A DNA stretch of 64,000 nucleotides from an uncultured Myxococcales bacterium. Its GTDB lineage: Bacteria; Myxococcota_A; UBA9042. This document shows positions 49,581 to 59,229 of this stretch, in pieces (the stretch's first letter is position 1; each line of letters starts with the position of its first letter). The stretch covers positions 871 to 64,870 of the forward strand of contig CALENB010000329.1 of NCBI GenBank assembly GCA_937910235.1, written 5' to 3'. A program made the position numbers and the translations under genes. The notes beneath the pieces are model-generated. The model was not told where the DNA came from and searched no databases. It saw nothing but the letters and a program-made list of their open reading frames with translations.

Positions 49581-52500
49581 CTACCGCCGCAGCGCCACGG
49601 CTGTCGGCGACTGCAACGCGCCGTCGATCAACGCCTGCACCGGCCCCTCATAGACGATAGTACCGCCCTTATCGCCGCCACCGGGCCCCAGATCGACCAG
49701 CCAATCCGCCTCCCGCAGCACGTCGAGGTTGTGTTCGATCACCACCACGGTATCGCCGCGATCCACCAGCTCGTGCAGCACGTCTAGCAGCTTGCGTTGG
49801 TCCGCCAAGTGCAGGCCCGTCGAGGGTTCATCCAGCACATACAGCGTCTCGTGGCGGCGCTGCTTGGCGAGCTCGGCGCAGACCTTGATGCGCTGGGCCT
49901 CCCCGCCCGACAGGGTGTTGCTGCCTTGACCGATGCGCAGATAACCGAGGCCGACCTTCTCCGCCAACGCCAGCGGCCGGTGCACCGTGCGCAAGCGCTG
50001 GAAGTGCGCCGCCGCCTCCGAGATGCTCATGGCGAGCACGTCCGCGATGGTGGCGCCACGCAGCTGCACCCGCAGGGTTTGGCGGCTGTAGCGCGCGCCG
50101 CCGCACGTCTCACAAGGCACATACACCGTCGGTAGGAAGCTCATGTCGACCTTGATGACGCCCGCGCCCTGACACGTCTCGCAGCGGCCTCCTTTCACGT
50201 TGAACGAGAAATGCTTGGCTTTGAGGCCGAGGATCTTGGCTTCTGGCTGCGCGGCGAACTGTTTGCGGATGCCGTCCCACACCCCCAGATAGGTCGCCGG
50301 GCAGGATCGCGGCGTGCGGCCGATGGGGCTCTGATCGACCTCGACGACGCGGCCGAGGCCCTGCAAGCCCGTGATGTCCGCGATCTCGTCGTCCACGGTG
50401 ATGGCCGCCGCGTCGCCGTGCACCAGCGGGCCGCCGACGCCGACCAGCAGGTCGCGGACCAGGGTCGATTTGCCTGAGCCGCTCACCCCCGAGATGCCGT
50501 TGAGCCGGCCACGCGCGATGGTCGCGTCGACCCGACGCAGGTTGTTGCGTCGCGCGCCGCGCAAGCTGATCCGCGGAGAATCCGGCGTCACAGCGCGGGC
50601 CTCATGCCGCGAGCGCCGCAACGTCGGGTCGGCCAACATCCGACCGGTCGGCGAGTCGGGATCGGCGAGCAGGTCGGCCAAGGAGCCGGCGTGTAGCACC
50701 GCGCCGCCGAGCTCACCGCCACCGGGGCCGAGCTCCACGACGTGATCGGCGCGCCGGATCGTCTCTTCGTCGTGCTCGACGACGATGAGGCCGTTGCCCC
50801 GCGCGATGAGGTGATCAAAGGCCGCCAGCAGCCGCTGGTTGTCGGCGGGATGGAGCCCGATGGTCGGCTCGTCGAGCACGTATAAGACGCCACGCAGATT
50901 GGAGCTGAGCTGGCTGGCGAGCCGAATGCGCTGGCTCTCCCCGCCCGACAGGGTCACCGCGCTGCGGTCGAGGCTCAGGTAGTCGAGGCCGACGTCGAGC
51001 AGGAACGCGCACCGCGCCGCCACCTCTCGCACGATGGGATCGGCGACAGCGGCGTCGCGGCTGCTCCACACCACCGCAGACAGAAACACCGTCAGCTGTT
51101 GCGGGTTCATCGCGCTCAGCTCGTGGATGCCTTTGCCGGCGACGGAGACCTCAAGCGCCTCGGACCGCAGCCGCGCGCCGTCACAGCTCGGGCACCACGC
51201 CAACCGCCGCCGCTCCTCCTGCTCGCCCTCGCGCAGCTCGCCCTCCTCCAACTCTTGCAGCGCGGCGGGTGTCTCGGCCTCCACCTTCGCCGCGCGCGCC
51301 GACTTGGGCCGACCCGCGATCGGCGTTGGTGTCTCGTCGGGCGCCATGCCCGAGCCCCGACAGTCTGGGCACCAGCCGCGCGTCGACGTGAAGCTAAACA
51401 GCAGCGGATCGAGGCCCGTCGCTCTGCGGCCCGTGGCGCTGCCGGCGGGATCGACCTCAAAACTGTGCACGCCGCTCGCCGCCGTGCGCACCCGCACCTG
51501 GCCGTCGCCTGCGTTCATGGCCGCGGTGATGGCCGCCTCCAGCACCTCGGGGCGCCACTGGCCGGGGCGCCCCTGGACCATGTGCGTCATGGCTGGCTCA
51601 GGAGCGAGCACCACCAGCACATCGTCGATGTCGTGGGCGACGTAGCGGCGCAGCGGCGGCACGGCGGCGATGGGACACAGCGCGTCATCGATATGAATCC
51701 AGGTGCGCCCGGCGCGCTCGGCGCGCTCGATGACGTCGCGATGAAAGCCCTTGCGGCCCCGCACCAGCGGCACCATGACGTAGAGCGGCGCGGTCGCCGG
51801 CAGCGCGGCGACCTGCAGCGCCACCTCCGCCGGTGTACGCACGGCCAGCGCGCCTTCGTGGGCGGCGGAGACCCGACCGCAGCGGGCGAACAGCAACCGC
51901 AGGTAGCTTTGGATGTCCGTCAGGGTGCCGACGGTGGAGCGGCTGCCGCCGCGCGTGGTGCGCTGGGCGATGGCGATGGTCGGCGGCAGCCCGCGCAGGC
52001 TGTCGACATCGGGGCGGCTCACAGGCGGCAGATATTGGCGGGCGTAGGGCGACAAGCAGTCGAGGAAACGGCGCTGGCCTTCGGCGAAGACCACGTCAAA
52101 GGCGAGCGACGACTTGCCGGAGCCCGACAGCCCGGTGATCACCGTCAGCCCATCGCGCGGCAGATCGACGCTGATGTTGCGGAGGTTGTGCACCCTGGCG
52201 CCGCGCACCTCGACGTGGCCCGGGTCGTCCAAGGCCTCGGCGATGGCGAGGTTCGGCCGGGCTGCGATCGTCGCCGCTGGCGCTGTAGCCCCGTCCAGAT
52301 GGGCCCGCAGCCACTGGCCGGTCGCCGTGGCGCCCAGCTCAGCGAGCCGTGCGGGCGGGCCCTGAAAGAGCAGCGATCCCCCGCCGGGGCCGCCTTCAGG
52401 TCCGAGCTCGACGACATGATCAGCGGCGGCGATCACGTCGAGGTGATGCTCAACCACCACCACGGTGTTGCCCGCCGCCACGAGCTTGCGCAGGCTGTTC

Positions 52501-55238
52501 AACAAGACCCGCACATCGTCGAGATGCAACCCCGTGGACGGCTCATCGAGCAGGAACAAGGCCTGCTGCGTACGCTGGCAGAGCAGATGCCATGCGACTT
52601 TGAGGCGCTGGGACTCGCCGCCAGACAGCGTGCTGAGGGGCTGGCCAAGCCGCAGGTAGCCGAGCCCCAGCTCGCACATCGCCAGGGCCGGGCGGGCGAG
52701 CTTGCGGTCGTCGGCGAAACGCTCGGCGATCTCGTGAGCTGTGGCGCTGAGGAAATCCGCGGCCGACATGCCGCGCACCTTCACATCGAGCACCTCGGGG
52801 CCAAAGCGGCGGCCTTCGCAGGCTTCGCACGTGACCCGCACGTCCGAGAGGAACTGCATGTCGACGACCTCGAGCCCGGCGCCGTTGCAGACCGTGCAGC
52901 GACCGCCGGGCCGATTGAACGAGAACATCGACGTGGTGTAGTCGCGTTCTTGCGCCAGCTCGGTCGCCGCCAAGCGCTGGCGCACGGCGTCCCAGAGCTT
53001 GAGGTAGGTCGCTGGGTTGGCGCGGCTGTTGCCGACCACGGCGGCTTGCTCGACGAGCACCACGTCATCGAGCCCGTCCGTGCCTTCGAGGCCACCAAAC
53101 GCTCCCGGTGTCTCCGTGGGGCGGCCGAGTTGGCGCAGCATGGCGCGGTGCAGGACCTCCTCGACCAGCGTCGATTTGCCGGAGCCGCTGACGCCGCAGA
53201 CCACGTTGAGCCGGCCGCGCTTGAAGCGCACACGGCCGCCCTTGAGGTTGCGCGCCTGGGGTTCGATCACCGCCAGCCAGGGGCTCCCGGCGCCGAGCGT
53301 CGTCCGCTCGCGGTCGAGCAGGCGGGCCCGCTTGGCGATGGTGCGTGACATGTCGCGATCGGTCGCCGCCCGCTCGCGCAGCGCCTCGCCGTGCGCGAGC
53401 GGCGCCGGCGCAGTCTCGCGGACGTGGCGCCGGCCGAGGAGGTAGTCGGCCGTCAGGCTACCTGAGACGCCGGCGAGGTCCGCTGGCGGCCCGGAGAACA
53501 GCAGCTCGCCGCCGTGTTCACCCGCGCCCGGGCCAAGGTCGATGAGGTGATCGGCCGCGGCGATGAGCGCCGGATCGTGCTCGACCATGACCACGGTGTT
53601 CCCCGCCGCTTTGAGGCGACCGAGGATGCCAAGCAGCCGCTCGTTGTCGCGCGGATGCAGCCCGACGCTGGGTTCATCGAGCACGTACAGCACCGAGCTC
53701 AGCCCGCTCGAGAGGGCCGTCACAAGCTGCACACGCTGTAGCTCACCGCCGGACAGGGTGCGACCCGGGCGTCCGAGCGTCAGGTAACCGAGGCCCAGCT
53801 CGCCAAGCAGCGCCACGCGGCGTGCCAACTCCGCGAGCGGACGCGCCGCCGCGCCACCGTCTGCCAGCCCAGCGATCCAGCCTTGCAGCACCTCGATGGG
53901 GGTCTGCAGCCACACGGGCAGCGCCGCGCCGGCGACCTGCCAACCGAGCGCCTCGGGCTGCAAGCGCGCGCCATCGCAGGCGGGACACGTCACATACTTG
54001 CGATACCGGCTCAGCAGCACCCGCACGTGCATCCGGTAGGTGCGGGTCTCCAGCCACGCGAACCACTCCCGCAGCCCCCAAAATCGGGGCGCGCCGGGGA
54101 AGGCCGTGACGCGTTCGGGATCGTAGCCGTCCATCAGCCAGCCGCGCGTGGCTTCGCTTAGGTCGGCCCACGGCACCTGCTGATCGATCTCGGCGGCCTG
54201 GCAAAACGCGTCGAGCTGCTCTCGCTCCCAGGTGGTGCGCTCCGTCGTCCAGGGCTTGATGGCGCCGTCGGCCAAGCTCAGGCCCTCGTCGGGCAGACAT
54301 CGGGCTTCGTCGAGCGCCATGATGCGACCAAAGCCGTTGCACGTCTCGCAGGCGCCGACCGGCGAGTTCCAGGAGAACAGGTTGGGCGATGGATCGGGGG
54401 TCTCGTGGTCACACGTCTCACAGCGCAGCGCCGATGACGCGCGGTGTCGAATGAGCGGCGCCGCCTTCTTGGCGCCGCGCGTTGGGGCGTCGGTCTCCGT
54501 CACCGCGTGGAGCCCCGTAGTCGCTGCGAGCGCGTCGCCCTCAAGCCACAGGTGCACCTCGCCGTCGCCGCGCCGCAGCGCTTCGTGCACCGATTCGAAC
54601 AGCCGGTCGGCTTCGGTCGCGTCGATCTTCAGTCGGTCGACCAGCACGTCGACCGGCTCTCCGGGGGTGAACGTCTCCAGCGGCGCGACTCTCTGATCTT
54701 TCCATTGACGATGCAGCCCGGCCCGCGCCAGCTCCCGCAGCGCCAGCTCGCCACCGCTTCGGAGCTGCAGCGGAAAGGTGATCACCGCGCGCCGACCCGA
54801 CGCGTGGTTGAGGAGGGCTTCCACCACCTGCACCGTCTGTAGTCGCGCCATGGGGCCGTGGCCATTGGGGCACGTCGGCAGCGCGGCGCTGGCGAAGACG
54901 ACCTTGAGGTACTCCGAGATCTCCGTCAGCGTCGCCACGGTGCTACGCGCCGCGCGCAGCCGTTTGCCCTGCTCCAGCGCGACGGTGGGCAGGATCCCGG
55001 TGATCTCGTCTGCCTCAGGGCGGTCCATCCGCTCGAGAAACTGGCGCGCGTAGCTGCTCAGACACTCGACGTAGCGGCGCTGTCCCTCCGCGTAGAGCGT
55101 GTCGAACGCGAGCGAGCTCTTGCCGGAGCCGCTGACCCCGGTGATGACGGTGATCTGGCGGAGCGGGATGTCGAGGTCAAACCCGCGCAGGTTGTTCTGG
55201 CGTATCCCACGCAGGCGGATGACATCGGGCTCATTCAT
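49581..55238 (-). CDS. uvrA: Excinuclease ABC subunit A, double-length (two fused UvrA units)
   Basis: Four Walker A motifs G(V/L)SGSGKS, two AEGQRR motifs, four LSGGE signatures, four LDEP Walker B motifs and CxxC zinc motifs; ATG 55238. Confidence 0.95.
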   Translation of the reverse strand: MNEPDVIRLRGIRQNNLRGFDLDIPLRQITVITGVSGSGKSSLAFDTLYAEGQRRYVECLSSYARQFLERMDRPEADEITGILPTVALEQGKRLRAARSTVATLTEISEYLKVVFASAALPTCPNGHGPMARLQTVQVVEALLNHASGRRAVITFPLQLRSGGELALRELARAGLHRQWKDQRVAPLETFTPGEPVDVLVDRLKIDATEADRLFESVHEALRRGDGEVHLWLEGDALAATTGLHAVTETDAPTRGAKKAAPLIRHRASSALRCETCDHETPDPSPNLFSWNSPVGACETCNGFGRIMALDEARCLPDEGLSLADGAIKPWTTERTTWEREQLDAFCQAAEIDQQVPWADLSEATRGWLMDGYDPERVTAFPGAPRFWGLREWFAWLETRTYRMHVRVLLSRYRKYVTCPACDGARLQPEALGWQVAGAALPVWLQTPIEVLQGWIAGLADGGAAARPLAELARRVALLGELGLGYLTLGRPGRTLSGGELQRVQLVTALSSGLSSVLYVLDEPSVGLHPRDNERLLGILGRLKAAGNTVVMVEHDPALIAAADHLIDLGPGAGEHGGELLFSGPPADLAGVSGSLTADYLLGRRHVRETAPAPLAHGEALRERAATDRDMSRTIAKRARLLDRERTTLGAGSPWLAVIEPQARNLKGGRVRFKRGRLNVVCGVSGSGKSTLVEEVLHRAMLRQLGRPTETPGAFGGLEGTDGLDDVVLVEQAAVVGNSRANPATYLKLWDAVRQRLAATELAQERDYTTSMFSFNRPGGRCTVCNGAGLEVVDMQFLSDVRVTCEACEGRRFGPEVLDVKVRGMSAADFLSATAHEIAERFADDRKLARPALAMCELGLGYLRLGQPLSTLSGGESQRLKVAWHLLCQRTQQALFLLDEPSTGLHLDDVRVLLNSLRKLVAAGNTVVVVEHHLDVIAAADHVVELGPEGGPGGGSLLFQGPPARLAELGATATGQWLRAHLDGATAPAATIAARPNLAIAEALDDPGHVEVRGARVHNLRNISVDLPRDGLTVITGLSGSGKSSLAFDVVFAEGQRRFLDCLSPYARQYLPPVSRPDVDSLRGLPPTIAIAQRTTRGGSRSTVGTLTDIQSYLRLLFARCGRVSAAHEGALAVRTPAEVALQVAALPATAPLYVMVPLVRGRKGFHRDVIERAERAGRTWIHIDDALCPIAAVPPLRRYVAHDIDDVLVVLAPEPAMTHMVQGRPGQWRPEVLEAAITAAMNAGDGQVRVRTAASGVHSFEVDPAGSATGRRATGLDPLLFSFTSTRGWCPDCRGSGMAPDETPTPIAGRPKSARAAKVEAETPAALQELEEGELREGEQEERRRLAWCPSCDGARLRSEALEVSVAGKGIHELSAMNPQQLTVFLSAVVWSSRDAAVADPIVREVAARCAFLLDVGLDYLSLDRSAVTLSGGESQRIRLASQLSSNLRGVLYVLDEPTIGLHPADNQRLLAAFDHLIARGNGLIVVEHDEETIRRADHVVELGPGGGELGGAVLHAGSLADLLADPDSPTGRMLADPTLRRSRHEARAVTPDSPRISLRGARRNNLRRVDATIARGRLNGISGVSGSGKSTLVRDLLVGVGGPLVHGDAAAITVDDEIADITGLQGLGRVVEVDQSPIGRTPRSCPATYLGVWDGIRKQFAAQPEAKILGLKAKHFSFNVKGGRCETCQGAGVIKVDMSFLPTVYVPCETCGGARYSRQTLRVQLRGATIADVLAMSISEAAAHFQRLRTVHRPLALAEKVGLGYLRIGQGSNTLSGGEAQRIKVCAELAKQRRHETLYVLDEPSTGLHLADQRKLLDVLHELVDRGDTVVVIEHNLDVLREADWLVDLGPGGGDKGGTIVYEGPVQALIDGALQSPTAVALRR

Positions 55239-55391
55239 GGGCGGGCTCCGCGGCAGGGTCGAGCGGGACCTGTCGAGCCCGCGGCGCAGTGTGCGGCGGC
55301 GGCAAAAAAAACCCAACATACGGCAAAAAATCGGTCGCAAAAGCGCGCGTTTCGCCGTCAGAATGGCTCTCTCCAGCCATACGCTGTTGAC

Positions 55392-55471
55392 AATAAAGCG
55401 TAAAACAAAAGTGACAGGTATGTGACAGAAACGTGTTGACGGGGTGTCACAAAGCTGTATAGTCGCCCTCG
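55392..55471 (+). promoter_or_regulatory. Sigma70 stable-RNA-type promoter
   Basis: TTGACG (55436-55441), 16-nt spacer, TATAGT (55458-55463), GC-rich discriminator CGCCCTC; A-tracts upstream (55392-55410) in otherwise GC-rich DNA. Confidence 0.8.
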
Positions 55472-55571
55472 TTGAACGGCACTAAGGAGCTGATCGCACT
55501 GAGGGTCCACAAGACGGCATTCCTTCGCGGAGCGCAAGTCGGGGACACAAACCTCAAGGGGGGAGGCAGCG

Positions 55572-55607
55572 CTCGAAAGAGGCAAGCCAACCCGCGGTTC
55601 TTTGACA
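55572..55607 (+). promoter_or_regulatory. boxB-like hairpin and boxA-like (NusB/NusE antitermination) element
   Basis: ctcGAAAgag (55572-55581), then GGTTCTTTGACA (55596-55607) versus the rrn boxA consensus TGCTCTTTAACA. Confidence 0.7.
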
Positions 55608-55608
55608 C

Positions 55609-57156
55609 TCTGCAGAGCAGGTACCAGACCGATACGCTAGTTGAGCGTGCTGTCTCCAGGGAGACGACTCTTCGGAGTCGACTTCAAGAAGTGGCATGAA
55701 GCAGCGAGCCGGACGGGCCAAGAGAGCGAGGTATCCGAAAGGGTGCTCCGAAGGAAGGTTCAGAAAGCGCGAATCGAGGGAAGTACCGAAACCCATGAGA
55801 GGAGGGGGCGGCGCGAGAGAGCGCGAGGCCGAGAGGAGGGAGTCATCGTCAAGCAATTGGCGGCGGGTCACAAATCGAAGCGCGTGTGAAGACGTGACGT
55901 CGCCGAGAAGAGCGGGGAGAAATCCTCGGAGAGGCGAAAGCCCAAGAGAGGAACGGGTGTTGGGAACCGGGTAATACCGGTCCGGCGCAACGGACCTTGC
56001 TGATGCATGAATCCTCAGGGCCCCAATTTGTCGACACGTATGGCGGTCGGCGGCAAAGACTGCGGCGACGCAGTTCGAGACGTCGGAGAGTTGTGCGGGG
56101 CGGCACGATTAAGGGCGAAGAGGGCAGGATGCGCCGTGAGGCGTGGAAGGCTACAGCGAGGGGGAAACCTCTGAAGGGAGAAACCCCATGGACGCTTTCG
56201 GCATGAAATAGGGCTGAAAGGTGAAGAGCGGAATAAAGCGTCAAGAGGTTGAGAAAACCTGAAGGCGCAGCGGAGCTGGGCGAGGTAAACCCAGTGTAAG
56301 TCGCTGCTTTTCACTGATGGCGTCGAAGGGGCACCAAAGCCTAAGAGTGTGTGGTTACGGATCGACTGGGAGGAAGTCTGAGCGGCGTTGAAAGCGGGGT
56401 TAAAGCCGCGGAAGAGGCCGGTTGGGTGGAGTCGCTAGGTCTGAAAAGGTAGTGAGCGCGAGGAAAGCGAAGGGGGAAGCAGGGGAGCGGCCGAGAGGTT
56501 GTGAAGCTACGGAAACCAAGCAGAACACGCGTGGGACAGGGCGAACCGCTTGCGGGGAGTCGTGAACGCAGTCGCTGCGCGGACAGGTCGAAGTGGAAGC
56601 TTGGGGCGAGAGTCACAGGTGAAAGCGTCGAGGTGGAGAGTTGGACGTGTAAGCGGACGGCAGGAAGCTCCAGGGCGGAGAAGTGGAAGAGGTGGCGTTG
56701 AGGGTCAGCACCGCGAGGTGGGGGCAGGAGATGGCGCTGATGAAGCGGACTACAGGGGATGACGTAGCGGAATCGTCGAGGATAGACGCTGAACGCAAGC
56801 TGAAGGAACAAGAGTGGATGCCGAGGCTGAGTTGATTAGTCTCGGCAAGCCGGAGGGTGAGTACCGCGAAGGTCGGGAATGTGAAGGTTGTGCCCGCAAG
56901 GGTTGAGCTGGAGCGTGACTAAGGCCATGGCGGGTATACGAAACCAATGACGTACCAGGTCTCCGGTCTGAAGACGCTGAAGTTTATGGTAATGCGAGGA
57001 GTGGATACGCCGCAGGTGGTGACACAGGCGCGCGCAACTCGATGACGAAGAGTTCATGAAGGGCCAGTTGGCGCTAAGGGGAGACCCGAGGTGCAGGCTG
57101 CCCGAGTGAAGACACACGCTGAAAGGCGCAACTCATGGGCGGTCAGTTCTGCCAGA
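55609..57156 (+). ncRNA. Putative ~1.55 kb structured non-coding RNA of unknown class
   Basis: Own promoter and terminator. 5' TCTGCAGAGC pairs with 3' GTTCTGCCAGA. Many GNRA/UUCG hairpins, strong purine skew, no credible ORF, and no 16S/23S/5S/tRNA signatures. Confidence 0.8.
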
Positions 57157-57166
57157 CAACCGGAGA

Positions 57167-57204
57167 GACCCGGATCGCGCAAGCGGTCCGGGTTTTTTCG
57201 TTTT
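57167..57204 (+). terminator. Rho-independent terminator
   Basis: GACCCGGATCGC-GCAA-GCGGTCCGGGTT followed by TTTTCGTTTT. Confidence 0.9.
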
Positions 57205-57250
57205 GCGGCCGCTGGGTCTCGGTTGCGTCGTCGGCTGCGCCCAGCGTCCA

Positions 57251-57289
57251 GCGCGCCTTGTGCGCGGCGCGCCTTGTGCGCGGCGCGCC
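57251..57289. repeat. 16-bp tandem repeat GCGCGCCTTGTGCGCG x2.4
   Basis: Read directly: 57251-57266, 57267-57282, partial copy to 57289. Confidence 0.8.
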
Positions 57290-57345
57290 AGCCGCTCGGC
57301 TACGTTCTATTTCCGTAGTGCTGGGGGGAGTGCTAGAACCCAGCC

Positions 57346-59196
57346 ATGAGGAGCCCTCGGTCCACAACTCGCTGCGTCGCCTTCCCCGTGACTCGACTAC
57401 CCCTTGGTCTGGTGCTGGTCGTGATCTTGGGCCTGACCGCGTGCGCCCAGCGCCGGGACGTTGCGACAGCGCGGCCGGTCGTTGCGACGCCGGCTGACGC
57501 TGGTCCGGCGGGCGTCGTCGCACCCTCAGCCGTGCCCATCGCCGCTCGCCGGTCCGTCCGGGTGCTCGCTGCGACGCCGATTTTTCAGCTCGATCGCGTG
57601 GTCGACGTGAAGCTGGAGCTCGACGCGCAGGCGCTCGCCTCCCTGCGTAACCAGCCGCGAGTGTATACCCGCGCGACGGTCACGGTGGATGGCGAGCGCA
57701 TGATCGAGGTCGGCGTGCGGCTCAAGGGGCACCGCTCGTTTCGGGACCTGGGTGACCGACCGTCGTACCTGCTCGATTTTAAGCGCTTCTCACCCAAGCG
57801 GCGTCTGCACGGCCTGCGCAAGCTGGTGCTCAACAGCATGGTTGAAGATCCCACCCTGGTCCGCGAGGTGTTGGGCTACGAGCTCTTCCGCAAGGCAGGG
57901 GTGACCGCGCCGCGGACGGGGTACGTGCGCGTCACCGTCAACGGCAAACATCCGCAGCTCTACTTGGCGGTGGAGCCCATCGACAAGACGTTTCTGACGC
58001 ACCGCTACGCTAACCCGAAAGGCAACCTCTACGAAGGTGAGTACGGCTGCGACGTGAACCGGGAGGACGTGTGGGGTTTTGACCTGGACGCGGGCCGCGA
58101 CACCAGCCGCGCCGATTTCAAGGCCCTCGCGGCGCTGATGCCGCGCGGCGTGACGGTCGTGTTTGGCGATGGTCCCGGCGGCGTGGACCGCGAGCAGGTG
58201 TTGGCGTTCTTGGCGATGAGCGTCGTGGTCGGTGATTTTGACGGCTATGAGCACCACCACAACTACTTCCTGTATCACGAGCCGTCGCGCGATCGCTGGT
58301 CGATGATGCCGTGGGGGATCGACCGCGCGTTCTTTGATGACGTGAAGCCCTACGCCTGCGAGGGGCTGATCGCGCGGATGTGTTTTGCGGACCGCGCGTG
58401 CCGGGTCGCCTACGTCGCTCAGCTTCGCAGCGCTGTGGGGCTGCTGGAGGCGGCGAATCTGCCGGAGCGTGTGAGCGCGATCGACGCCTTGATCGGCAGC
58501 GTCGTCGCGGCGGACACCCATCCGCCCCGCGCCGCCAAGAAGCGGCGGAAAAAGCGGGCTGAGCTGCTGCGATTTGTGCGTGGCCGCGCCAAGCAGCTCG
58601 CCAAGTGGACCGATTGCCTGCGCGGCGGGAAGGAGCGCGATCAGGATGGCGACGGCTACGGTTGCATGGACTGCGACGACCAGAACCCTGCGGTTCATCC
58701 GGGCGCGGCGGAGGTCTGCGACGGCGTCGACAACAACTGCTCAGGGCAGGTCGATGATGCCCCGCAGTGCCCCTGCACGGTGAGTCAGATCGACGGCGTG
58801 CGGTTTGAGTTGTGCGACCTGCCGATGCCCTGGCTTGAGGCGGCGCGCTACTGCAAGGCCAAAGGCATGCACCTCGCGCGGGTCGACTCCAAAGCGCAGA
58901 GCAAGGCGCTGTATCAGGCCGGGCGGCGGGTGCGAAAGACACAGTGGTGGCTTGGGCTCAACGACCGGCAGGCGGAGGACCAGCATGTGTGGGACGACGG
59001 CACGAAGGTTGGCTTCACCCACTGGAAGAGCGGCGAGCCCAGTGACATGGCGTGCGGCGAGGACTGCGTCGCGCTCGCCAAACGGGCCAAGGGCAAGTGG
59101 TATGACAGCCATTGTGGGCTGCATCGGGCCTTCATCTGTCGGGCGCCAGACGCGGCCGCGGCGACGCCGGCGCAGCTCGTGGCCCCAGGCAAGTAG
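57346..59196 (+). CDS. Lipoprotein: CotH-family kinase, MopE-like repeat and C-type lectin domain
   Basis: LTAC lipobox; VGVRLKG..SF, LVLNSMVEDP..VRE, NYFLY...WSMMPWGID (CotH); DCDD..PAVHPGAAEVCDGVDNNC; WLGLND, WKSGEP, EDC, WYDSHC (CTL). Confidence 0.88.
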   Translation: MRSPRSTTRCVAFPVTRLPLGLVLVVILGLTACAQRRDVATARPVVATPADAGPAGVVAPSAVPIAARRSVRVLAATPIFQLDRVVDVKLELDAQALASLRNQPRVYTRATVTVDGERMIEVGVRLKGHRSFRDLGDRPSYLLDFKRFSPKRRLHGLRKLVLNSMVEDPTLVREVLGYELFRKAGVTAPRTGYVRVTVNGKHPQLYLAVEPIDKTFLTHRYANPKGNLYEGEYGCDVNREDVWGFDLDAGRDTSRADFKALAALMPRGVTVVFGDGPGGVDREQVLAFLAMSVVVGDFDGYEHHHNYFLYHEPSRDRWSMMPWGIDRAFFDDVKPYACEGLIARMCFADRACRVAYVAQLRSAVGLLEAANLPERVSAIDALIGSVVAADTHPPRAAKKRRKKRAELLRFVRGRAKQLAKWTDCLRGGKERDQDGDGYGCMDCDDQNPAVHPGAAEVCDGVDNNCSGQVDDAPQCPCTVSQIDGVRFELCDLPMPWLEAARYCKAKGMHLARVDSKAQSKALYQAGRRVRKTQWWLGLNDRQAEDQHVWDDGTKVGFTHWKSGEPSDMACGEDCVALAKRAKGKWYDSHCGLHRAFICRAPDAAAATPAQLVAPGK

Positions 59197-59229
59197 GGCG
59201 GTACGCCGGGGTTTAAGGCCGAGCGTCGC

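Noticed and set aside
56284-56383. RNase P RNA (GGTAAACCC at 56284; GAGGAAGTCTGAGC at 56370)
   Set aside because: The motifs are in the wrong order, there is no 3' AGAA..CGGCTTA element, and the unit is far longer than RNase P RNA.
55609-57156. 16S/23S rRNA or a tRNA cluster
   Set aside because: The promoter, boxA and length suggest it, but no universal rRNA motifs, anti-Shine-Dalgarno or tRNA cloverleaf were found.
55470-57200. Group II intron/retroelement, or the short ORFs listed in this region
   Set aside because: No recognisable domain V/VI, no RT or nuclease ORF and no interrupted host gene. The ORFs are short, Arg/Ser-rich and lack the genome's GC3 codon bias.
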